A DNA stretch of 14,848 nucleotides. Source: Promethearchaeota archaeon Loki_b31 (GTDB lineage Archaea > Asgardarchaeota > Lokiarchaeia > Sigyniarchaeales > SOKP01). Numbering within the stretch: position 1 is the first letter of the stretch; the number at the start of each line of letters is the position of its first letter. Shown here piece by piece: positions 6,488-14,848 of the stretch. Location of the stretch: the NCBI GenBank assembly GCA_005222975.1, contig NJBI01000068.1, forward strand, positions 1-14,848, given 5' to 3'. Below the pieces are notes generated by a model. The model was not told the origin of the DNA, ran no database searches, and saw only the letters and a program-made list of their open reading frames with translations. The position numbers and the translations under genes were made by a program.

Positions 6488-7663
6488 CTATTTTTCCAAT
6501 ATTGTGGTATTATTTATAGCGAATCTATCCAAAGCATTTTCGTCTAGTTTTACACCCCATCCAGGACCCTCAGGAACTTTTGCCATTCCATTATTATAAT
6601 CTATAGGCTTTAAAATTAGATCATCTTCTAACATTTCTTGTCCAAATAATTCTGTCGCGTAATCAATAAACGGATATTTTGCGGTTACAAAGTGAATATG
6701 CATCGCTGTGGCAATTCCTAACGGTTGGTTATGTAAAACAACGCCTAAACCACGCATTTTTGCGTAATCCAAGGCTTTCAGGGCTTTAGTTACTCCTCCT
6801 GGACGATCAGAGTTTAGCCCTAAAACTCTTACTGCTTTTAATTCGACTAGCGTAATAAAATCTTTTAACGAAAAAAATCCCTCGTGAGACATTAAAGGGA
6901 CATTAACTCTACTTTGAACGTAAGCCATTCCTAAATAGTCCGAAGCATTCACTGGTTCTTCGGCAAAGTCAATTCCGTAAGGTTCAATGGCTTTGATAGC
7001 TCGAACGGCCATTGAAGGACTATAAGCTTGATTGTAATCTACGCGTAAATTAATTTTGTTTCCAAAAATTTTCCTTATTGCTTGTAAGATTTTTACGTCG
7101 TCTTCAACGCTTTTTCCGAGCTTTAGTCGAAAATTTCTAAACCCTTTTTTGTAATAGGTTCTTACAAGTCCTTTCATTAACATTGGGTCTCCTAAAGGTA
7201 TAAGCGCCGCTAAAGGAATCTTATCTACGAACTTTCCCCCCATGTAATAACACGCAGGTAAATCAGTTATTTGACCCATTAAATCGTAGCAAGCCATATC
7301 GATCATTCCTTTTGCTGCTTCGTTACGCGCCAAGTTTACATCCATCCGATAATTTATCTTTTCGATATTGAATGGGTTTTCACCTAAAATATACTTCGCT
7401 AAACAATTTTTTATTGCATCAATAATCTGGTTGGGCGATATGCCAGTCTCAGGTAACCAAAGAAAAGCTTCTCCTAATCCTATATTTCCAAGTTTACTAA
7501 TGAGTTTACAAACTACGAAATCTCCCCCAAGCCATGCCTCTTCTGCAGCAATTGCCATTCCTAAATTCCCTTCCCCTTCGCCCATTGCCTTTATAACGTA
7601 GTCTTTAAATGGTACATGTAAAGGAGTTAATTCAATGCTAGTTATTTCATCTTTTATAGTCAT
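6488..7663 (-). CDS. Enolase superfamily, muconate-lactonizing-enzyme / epimerase subgroup protein
   Basis: GxGLGEA capping domain, IDMACYDL.G, RVDYNQ, EEP and VPEGPGWGV.LD motifs. Confidence 0.92.
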   Translation of the reverse strand: MTIKDEITSIELTPLHVPFKDYVIKAMGEGEGNLGMAIAAEEAWLGGDFVVCKLISKLGNIGLGEAFLWLPETGISPNQIIDAIKNCLAKYILGENPFNIEKINYRMDVNLARNEAAKGMIDMACYDLMGQITDLPACYYMGGKFVDKIPLAALIPLGDPMLMKGLVRTYYKKGFRNFRLKLGKSVEDDVKILQAIRKIFGNKINLRVDYNQAYSPSMAVRAIKAIEPYGIDFAEEPVNASDYLGMAYVQSRVNVPLMSHEGFFSLKDFITLVELKAVRVLGLNSDRPGGVTKALKALDYAKMRGLGVVLHNQPLGIATAMHIHFVTAKYPFIDYATELFGQEMLEDDLILKPIDYNNGMAKVPEGPGWGVKLDENALDRFAINNTTILEK

Positions 7664-7733
7664 ATTAAATCAAATAGTTTTATTTTGGTAATACTAAAAA
7701 TAAAAAAAAAATTAAATTAATAATTTATTGATT

Positions 7734-9800
7734 TTAGAACGGACCACCTAAGCTCATAAAAACGCAGGGGTGATCAGCAGCGGTTCCTCCTGTGTATGTG
7801 ATAAAAGTAACTGATGTATTAAGCTCCCCAGATACGAAGATATGATCAATTCTTCCATCTGGAAGTCTAGTCTCCCAACCTTCGGGAACATTGCCAATTG
7901 TCTTTCCTATAGTAGGAGCAACTTCCCAACAATCGTATAATTGTGCTACTGTTATATTGTATTGTTCGGTACCAAGTTCAAAGTTAAAATCCCCCATTAA
8001 TATTACATTGCTCAAACCGTTAATTACCGATAAAATATTTTCTTGTTGGACAATTTGCGAACGATCTTCTGCAGGGTCCTCGTAATTTCCGAGGTGGGTA
8101 ACGAAGATATTGAATGTAGTGCTTCCAACAAATATTTGAGCCCATATCGTTGCTGTTTGTTCGCCCTCGCTTTCCATATAAAAGGTTTGAGGGTTCAAGA
8201 TCGGATATTTTGAAAGCAATGCAATTCCAAAAGTCCCAGTTAATGTTTTTGGTCCATAGTATGAATATAACTTCAATCGATTACTAACGAATCTTACAAT
8301 GTCTGAATTACCACTTGAAATTCTACAAGTATCTGATTCTTGTAATCCTATGATATCGGCATTCAGATCTTTGATGACTTGGTATTGAGCGTCAAAATTT
8401 TTGTTACCAGTTTCGTCTGATCCTTGCTGTATGTTATATGACAAGACTCTTAAAGAATCTCCAGATACATTGTGATCTATAGGGAATTCTAAAGCTACGG
8501 CTCCTATAATAGTCGCTAAACTAATTATTACAATTATTAACAAGGCTTTTTTTTTGTTTTTGACGATTGAATTAATTGATTCAAATGTACCTCTTGAAGC
8601 TTTGTTTATTAAAAAGAGCGGTAAGAACACTAACACTCCTAAGATAAGGAATATAACCCAAATTGCGTCTCTAAATAAATCTCCGATTAAAGGAATGTAA
8701 TCCCAAACAATCGTAAATACCGCAGATAAAATCATAATTAGGAAAAAGCCAGACGAGACAAAAAAACTACCACCTAATTTTCTTATACCTGGTCTACTTC
8801 TAAACAATTCACTCGATAGTAAGATGAAATCAAGTAAAATTATTGGGCTTAGAACTAGCATTATCATTAGCATTGCTTCGTTTAACATATTCGCGTCAGG
8901 AGTAAAGAATGGATAAGACGGAACAAAGGCAAAGATTACAGTATTGCCTAATATGGTTAAAATTAGAGTCACAATAAAAGTAAGATTCCAAATAGTAACT
9001 ATATATGATTTCAATTTCCCTATTATGCCCGGGTTAGAGATTACGAGAATTATAAAAGCAGAATTCATTAATACGAGAAGGGTTAGAATTAAAATGTAGT
9101 TTGATTCCGTCCACCTTGCTATAACTGTAGGGCTACTAAATACGAAATATATTAGAGTTATCACGCTTATCATCCCTAGAGTTAGTCCAATAATTTTCCA
9201 TTTGCTTGCTGGTTTAAAGTTACTTTTAGTTAAGTCGTTTGAAGGGGTTGAGATTTGCTCTGAAATTGGTAAATGGATTATCATCAATCCCGCAAATATT
9301 GCTAATATCCACCCAATCCACATGAACCAACTATATGCAGATAGATCAATAGAAGATCCCAGTGTTCGCAATAAAATCGATAATAATAATCCTAAACCTA
9401 ACCCAGCTCCTAATAAAATTCCGTTGCTTTCGTAGTTTCCTTTTGTTTTTTTATGAAGATAAAGAGGAAAAAAAATCATAAAACAGCCCAATCCGAATCC
9501 AGTAACAAGCATTTTTAGTTGAACATCTAAAAAAGGTTGTAAAACTCTACAAATAACAAAAATCTCACCGATTGCGATAAAGGCTTTGTTAGGAAAACCT
9601 CTTTTAAAGAATAAAAGTAAAAAAGGAGTCAAAAGAAATAACAAAGCTAAGACATTTTCGTTCAATTCCACTTCAATAAGATTTAACGCATATATAGATT
9701 CTAAGAACTCTGTCATGAGTTGGAAGAAGAATAGGAACATTATACTGAGAAAGATTAATTCTGAATAGAATTTATTAATAAATTTGTTATAGATTTCCAT
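7734..9800 (-). CDS. Multi-pass membrane protein with C-terminal endonuclease/exonuclease/phosphatase domain, Cwh43/PGAP2-interacting-protein-like
   Basis: About 430 hydrophobic residues followed by SYNI, DIIGLQESD, GIALLSKYPI, THLG, MGDFN, RIDHIF and DH motifs. Confidence 0.85.
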   Translation of the reverse strand: MEIYNKFINKFYSELIFLSIMFLFFFQLMTEFLESIYALNLIEVELNENVLALLFLLTPFLLLFFKRGFPNKAFIAIGEIFVICRVLQPFLDVQLKMLVTGFGLGCFMIFFPLYLHKKTKGNYESNGILLGAGLGLGLLLSILLRTLGSSIDLSAYSWFMWIGWILAIFAGLMIIHLPISEQISTPSNDLTKSNFKPASKWKIIGLTLGMISVITLIYFVFSSPTVIARWTESNYILILTLLVLMNSAFIILVISNPGIIGKLKSYIVTIWNLTFIVTLILTILGNTVIFAFVPSYPFFTPDANMLNEAMLMIMLVLSPIILLDFILLSSELFRSRPGIRKLGGSFFVSSGFFLIMILSAVFTIVWDYIPLIGDLFRDAIWVIFLILGVLVFLPLFLINKASRGTFESINSIVKNKKKALLIIVIISLATIIGAVALEFPIDHNVSGDSLRVLSYNIQQGSDETGNKNFDAQYQVIKDLNADIIGLQESDTCRISSGNSDIVRFVSNRLKLYSYYGPKTLTGTFGIALLSKYPILNPQTFYMESEGEQTATIWAQIFVGSTTFNIFVTHLGNYEDPAEDRSQIVQQENILSVINGLSNVILMGDFNFELGTEQYNITVAQLYDCWEVAPTIGKTIGNVPEGWETRLPDGRIDHIFVSGELNTSVTFITYTGGTAADHPCVFMSLGGPF

Positions 9801-9865
9801 ATTAAAATTTAATATTTTAGAAATATATAAACTTTTAAAATAATCTAAAAATTAAAGTGAAAATT

Positions 9866-10711
9866 ATGAGTAAAATAATTAAAAAGGTCGCAATAATTGG
9901 AGCGGGCTTTACTGGAAAGCAAATTGCAGCAATAGCTGCTTTATATGATTTTAATGTATCTCTTTTTGATATAAATATTGATACTCTAGCGGAAGCGAAA
10001 AAATACATATCTGGATTTTTAAAAAGAAAGAAGAAAAATGACGCCCTTAAGAATGTCTCCTATTATAGTGATATGTCTGAAGCAGTTTCGGATGTAGATT
10101 TAGTAATCGAAGCAGTTCCAGAAAATCTCGAATTAAAAAGAAAAGTGTTTTCTCAAATTGATAGCTTAGCCCCTGCAAAGACTATTATTGCTACTAATAG
10201 TTCTTCTTATCCCGTTTCGAGAATTGAATCTGCAGTCAAAAGAAAAAATAAAGTTCTAAATATTCATTTTTATCCTCCAATTCCTACACGACCAATGGCA
10301 GATATTATGCGTGGAAGTGAGACTAGCGATGAAACTTTTGAAATTGGAAAAAATTGGATAATAAATATTGGATGCGAACCTCTTATAGTGAAAAAAGAAT
10401 GTTTTGGTTTTGTTTTCAATAGAATATGGCACGCTGTAAAAAAAGAATGTCTTAAAATGTGGGCCGGAGGTTATGCAGATATAGAAGTTATTGATACAGC
10501 TTGGAAAATATTTACTAAAATGAAATTGGGGCCATTTACTATGATGGATGGCATCGGTTTAGATGTTGCATATGCTGTAGAAATGTCATATTATAAAGAG
10601 AGTGGAGACCCAAAAGACAAACCACCGCAAGCTTTTAGGGCGATGGTGGAACGAGGAGATTTAGGCTTAAAAACGGGTAAGGGATTTTATACTTGGAAAA
10701 AAAAGAAATAA
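9866..10711 (+). CDS. 3-hydroxyacyl-CoA dehydrogenase family NAD-dependent oxidoreductase
   Basis: GAGFTG Rossmann motif, EAVPE, ATNSSS, HF, GFVFNR, GPF..MD.IGLD, G.KTGKGFY. ATG 9866 is preferred over GTG 9857 because AAGTGA serves as the RBS. Confidence 0.92.
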   Translation: MSKIIKKVAIIGAGFTGKQIAAIAALYDFNVSLFDINIDTLAEAKKYISGFLKRKKKNDALKNVSYYSDMSEAVSDVDLVIEAVPENLELKRKVFSQIDSLAPAKTIIATNSSSYPVSRIESAVKRKNKVLNIHFYPPIPTRPMADIMRGSETSDETFEIGKNWIINIGCEPLIVKKECFGFVFNRIWHAVKKECLKMWAGGYADIEVIDTAWKIFTKMKLGPFTMMDGIGLDVAYAVEMSYYKESGDPKDKPPQAFRAMVERGDLGLKTGKGFYTWKKKK

Positions 10712-10722
10712 TTTTTTTTATT

Positions 10723-11658
10723 TTAGACTCCTAAGATTAATATTAAGACCCATATAAGACCAAAACTAATTATAATTGACAGGTTTACAATCATCGTCAC
10801 TAATTTTTGATCGTAATCGTATTCTACAGAGAATGGTATAACCGCAAGACCCACAGGCAAAAGTAAAGAAAGGCAAATAATAATCCTAAAAAGTGGGTCA
10901 AATAAGCTTGTCGGTAGAAAAAAGAATAATATTAACCCTACAAATAATCCTAACGCATATCTTAGCATAAGAACTTTAATTATTGATATCCATTCAGCTT
11001 TACCGAATTTAAAATTAAGAAAAATTCCCAATAATAACAACGCTAAAGCTGTATTTGCTCTTGCTAATACATCTATTAACTCAGAGAAAATAATTGGGAT
11101 TGTAAATCTCGAAAAATTTATCGTAAGAGCGATAACATAGCTCATTAAAGGAGCAGACTTGATTAAACGCTTTAATATGAATCTAAAATCGATTTTAACG
11201 CCTTTTTCGTGATTTTTCGGAGAATAGATCGATGCTAAAATATAACATAATACGAAAATCGTAAAAGCATTACCTGCGTCAACAAGAGCAATATATCGCA
11301 TTCCATCGGCGCCCCAAATGCCTTCTACTAGCGGAAAAAAGAAATGTGCGATGTTAAATCCTACCATAGTCATAATCATCGCTCCCTTTAAACGATTCGG
11401 ACGCTTTCTAAAACTTAATATTCCAATTGCGGCCATTCCAAGGCCAAAAGCTAAATTAACTAAAGGTAGTAACATTAATGACAATTCAAATTGGATTGTA
11501 CAGGTAAATTTAAGAATTACTGCTGGCAAAGTAACGTTAAAGATGATTTTAGCAATAACATCCCCATTTTCTTCTTTAATTATTCCTAATCTTTTAATTA
11601 AATAACCAATAGCAACGATAAAGATTGATATCAAAAAAACGACATTTACGTCAGTCAT
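10723..11658 (-). CDS. AEC (auxin efflux carrier) family secondary transporter
   Basis: 311 aa, about 10 TM helices, IGY..KR.G, VTLPA.I, GFN...F..PL and ALLLLG motifs. Confidence 0.85.
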   Translation of the reverse strand: MTDVNVVFLISIFIVAIGYLIKRLGIIKEENGDVIAKIIFNVTLPAVILKFTCTIQFELSLMLLPLVNLAFGLGMAAIGILSFRKRPNRLKGAMIMTMVGFNIAHFFFPLVEGIWGADGMRYIALVDAGNAFTIFVLCYILASIYSPKNHEKGVKIDFRFILKRLIKSAPLMSYVIALTINFSRFTIPIIFSELIDVLARANTALALLLLGIFLNFKFGKAEWISIIKVLMLRYALGLFVGLILFFFLPTSLFDPLFRIIICLSLLLPVGLAVIPFSVEYDYDQKLVTMIVNLSIIISFGLIWVLILILGV

Positions 11659-11770
11659 ACCAGCGTTAATTAATGTTTTTTTAGTAGATTATTAAAATAT
11701 TTAAAATAATTAAATAATTATTTAATCCTAAAAATTAAAATAATAAAGAATACATTAAAAGTGAGGAAAA

Positions 11771-12685
11771 TTGAAACCTAATCTACTTTCAGATAAAAAA
11801 GTAATAATTACGGCAGCAATTACCGGTGGAATTCATGGTAAATGGGCTAATCCCGCTTTACCATTAACTGCCGAAGAACAAGCACAAGCTGCGCTAGAAT
11901 GTTATGAAGCGGGGGCTTCAATTGTTCATATTCATGTTCGTGGCGATGATGGTCAAAATACTCCTGATTTAAAATATTACGGTAAAACAGTAAAGCAAAT
12001 TGGGGAAAAATGTCCCATATTAAGACAAATAGGAAATGGGATCGGTGCTAAAGTTGTAGAACATTCATTTACCACCAAATCTGGTAAAAAAAGAGTTACG
12101 ACGGAAATTGTCCAACCCTCTTTAGAAGAACGATTAAACCTAATAAATATAGAACCCGAACCTGAAATGCATACTATTAATGCTGGTTCATTCGAATTTA
12201 GAACTCCCTATGGAGGATCGCTATTCCTAAATCCACAAGATTTCAATCGTAAATATATTAAAAGGTGCAACAAAAAAGGGTTTGGCATAGAAATCGAGGT
12301 GTACGATTCGAGCCATATTACTAATGTTTTAGAATTTGTTGAAACCGGGCTCTTAACACCCCCTCTACACTTTAGTTTAGTATTAGGTATTAAAGGAGGC
12401 GCTGAGGCTAATCCTGCTAACCTTTTACGCATGGTTGATCAAATACCAGAAGGATCAACATGGCAAGTAGTTACCGTTGGCAAATTCAATTTGCGTACGA
12501 CTGTAATGGCTATGTGTATGGGAGGTAATGTAAGAACTGGTTTGGAAGATACTATTTATTATGGAAAAGGAGAACTTGCTCAAGGTAATGCTCAACTAGT
12601 AAAAAGAATGGTTAGGATAGCTAAAGAAATCGGAAGAGAAGTCGCTACTGTTGATGAAACTAAACAAATTTTAGGAATAATATAA
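11771..12685 (+). CDS. Beta-keto acid cleavage enzyme (BKACE/DUF849, 3-keto-5-aminohexanoate cleavage enzyme family)
   Basis: IITAAITG, LP.T.EE, AGASIVHIHVR (Zn-binding HxH), EIEVYD, GGNVRTGLED, N.QLV.R, GREVAT. Confidence 0.93.
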   Translation: MKPNLLSDKKVIITAAITGGIHGKWANPALPLTAEEQAQAALECYEAGASIVHIHVRGDDGQNTPDLKYYGKTVKQIGEKCPILRQIGNGIGAKVVEHSFTTKSGKKRVTTEIVQPSLEERLNLINIEPEPEMHTINAGSFEFRTPYGGSLFLNPQDFNRKYIKRCNKKGFGIEIEVYDSSHITNVLEFVETGLLTPPLHFSLVLGIKGGAEANPANLLRMVDQIPEGSTWQVVTVGKFNLRTTVMAMCMGGNVRTGLEDTIYYGKGELAQGNAQLVKRMVRIAKEIGREVATVDETKQILGII

Positions 12686-12799
12686 AAATTGTTGGAGTTA
12701 TTCAACGTAACTTATTTTTTGGACATTACCATAATTTCATACTAACATTTATTAAGTGAAGTTAGATCATAATATATAGCACTATTGAGAGTGAATTTG

Positions 12800-13243
12800 A
12801 TGAGTAGAAAAAAAATCACTTGGTTTGGATTTAACTTAACGCAAAAACAATCTGTACAAATATTTATATTATCAATTGCAGGACTCTTCATTTCAGCATT
12901 TTTGTTTATGACGATGTTATACCCATTAATGATGAACATCATGTATAACGATCCTTATTATTATCCGGAGGATTACTTTATTATGATGCTTTTTAGTATG
13001 CTTCCTTATATGTTTGTATTTTGTGGCGTATTTGTATTAAGTCTTTATTCCTTGATTCGATGCAGAAAAATAGCTAAATATTACTCTCCCTCAATTGATC
13101 CTGTGATAGAACAGAAACCAAAATCCTCTCATACTGAACAAAAACCGAAATCCATTGCTCAATTTTGTTCTAACTGTGGTGAAATGAAGAAAAGTCATGA
13201 AAGATTTTGTACTAATTGTGGGCATCAAGTAGGGTATCAATAA
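12800..13243 (+). CDS. Two-TM membrane protein with C-terminal zinc ribbon
   Basis: Two hydrophobic helices, then FCSNCG...FCTNCG; ATG 12800 is preceded by GAGTGA. Confidence 0.8.
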   Translation: MSRKKITWFGFNLTQKQSVQIFILSIAGLFISAFLFMTMLYPLMMNIMYNDPYYYPEDYFIMMLFSMLPYMFVFCGVFVLSLYSLIRCRKIAKYYSPSIDPVIEQKPKSSHTEQKPKSIAQFCSNCGEMKKSHERFCTNCGHQVGYQ

Positions 13244-13278
13244 AAAAAATAAAAAAAATAATAATATTTACTTTAAGC

Positions 13279-14682
13279 TCAGTTTTTTTTCAATTCTTCT
13301 CTTATGCGTTCAAGTCTTTCTCCATGTAAACCATAAGATTTCATGGCTAGAAGTCCAATTACAAGTGCGATACTAGGAAAGATAACCATTATGGCTTTTA
13401 GACCTAATATAACTAAAAATGGATCTGAAGGTAAGGGATCAAATTGTTTGTCCCAACCTATATTTCCAAACATGAGTCCAATAGTTAAAATGACTAAGAT
13501 TATTGAGATTCGATGAATAAATGCGTTAATTCCATAAAAGCTTGCAGATCGCTTAACTCCAAATTTAACTGCGTCTTCGTCTATAACATCAGCGTGTAAA
13601 ATGTCTACGTAAAACAATGCTCCCGACAATGGAAATCCTTGAAGTGCTATAAGAAGAATAAAAGCGATTTGAAATGCTTCTCCAGTAATAAATAAGAATG
13701 GAAACAGCGTACAAATCCAAATTCCTAATGTTATCATGAAAGCTTTTCGCATTCCGTATTTAAAGCCAAGTTTTTTGTGAATTGGCATGACAAGTGCAGC
13801 AATGATAAAAGCTAACATTAGCGCTATCCCGACTATAATTGAGCCGCCTCCCGCAAAAAGAGGACCTCCAATAACGAATTCAGCGTAAATGGGAATAATC
13901 ATAGGTAAAATCGAAAAACAATACCAAACCGCTGTATTTGCTACAACAAATTTTATAAATATTTTATTAGTCAATGTAATTTTCATTGATTGAAAAAACG
14001 ATGGTCTTTTTTCGAAATCTTCCGCCATTTCTACTTTCTCTTCAATCCCCTTCAAAAGAAACGGTATTGAGATTATAAGAGTAAAAATTGCTATGACGAT
14101 CGCCATCGTAAAATATTGGCTTTTAGCGAAGGGAATTGCGTCGTCTGCTGGAACGTAATCGGAAATAAATATCATCGGAATAAGTGAGCTTAAAATTAAG
14201 GCAACTACGGTTAGACCTTTTATAAATAAATTGGTATTAGCTCTCTGTTTCTCATTTGGGAACATTTCTGGGAAAATTGCGTTCACGTTCACATCAAACA
14301 TAGTATAGAAGAACTCAAAGATAACAATCGTTGATAAGAAGTAAAAACTCTAGCATTTTATCACTTGTATTGAAAGGCATGTAGAACATTAAAACCACCA
14401 TAACGCATAACGAGATTATCGAAAGGAGTAGATAAAACCTCCTTTTTCCCACTTTTCTCTATGTTTGGTCCTTTCCGAGAGCGCTCCGAGCATTGGGTCG
14501 TTAACTGCATTCCATATACCCCAAATAATGTATGTAATTATCATTAAAAGCAAAGGTATTTTGACGACTGTAAAATAGAAGGTAAAAATCAAGAATTGAA
14601 AGATTTGGTAAGTAAGCTGGTCCGGAAATGCACTAAGCCCAAAAAGGAATTTTTTCTTAAATGTTAATTTCTCTTCACTCAT
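13279..14682 (-). pseudogene. GPH-family MFS (sugar/glycoside-cation symporter) gene interrupted by two frameshifts (pseudogene or sequencing error)
   Basis: N-terminal WNAVNDPMLGALSERT motif in 14416-14682. The bridge KRRFYLLLSIISLCVMVVLMFYMPFNTSDKMLEF lies in another frame between homopolymers at 14443-14450 and 14343-14347, then rejoins YFLSTIVIFEFFYTMFDV of ORF 13279-14301, which carries ADVIDED...G.KR..SFYG. Confidence 0.85.
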
Positions 14683-14848
14683 ATTTTTTATCCCTAAATT
14701 GTAATTAAATTTTAATTAAATTTGATTACATTATATCGTATTTAAAATTATGCATAAATGAAGTTAATAAAGAGCTCTTAAAAGGTTAATTCTGAAACTC
14801 TCTTCTAATGATATTCAATTATATCATATCTTACATCTAAGTTTTCTT

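Noticed and set aside
849-12942. Short alternative ORFs in the track (849-1169, 1759-1974, 5636-5824, 7368-7601, 7891-8085, 9202-9435, 9586-9768, 11318-11605, 12208-12432, 12742-12942)
   Set aside because: Antisense or off-frame shadows of well-supported genes with no recognisable motifs.

Overview
AT-rich archaeal-type window. Gene content and GGTGA/GAGG-like ribosome-binding motifs suggest an Asgard archaeon of the Lokiarchaeia type (inference, no search run). Genes in order: 3' end of an upstream gene, TrmB-like winged-helix regulator, stand-alone 7-TM protein, aldo/keto-reductase-like protein that appears to start at ATA, 71-aa membrane peptide between 33-bp direct repeats, PLP serine/threonine dehydratase, LVIVD-repeat surface protein flanked by gene remnants, enolase-superfamily enzyme with atypical catalytic motifs, Cwh43/PGAP2IP-like membrane EEP protein, 3-hydroxyacyl-CoA-dehydrogenase-family enzyme, AEC transporter, beta-keto-acid cleavage enzyme, membrane zinc-ribbon protein, and a doubly frameshifted GPH/MFS transporter. 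The main unexplained signal is a pair of homologous ~120-nt structured non-coding elements (about 250-368 on +, about 2093-2222 on -). They share a CCCCACC-loop hairpin, an Sm-site-like AU4-5G tract and a covarying stem, and point inward around the regulator and 7-TM genes. They may be an undescribed sibling small-RNA system.
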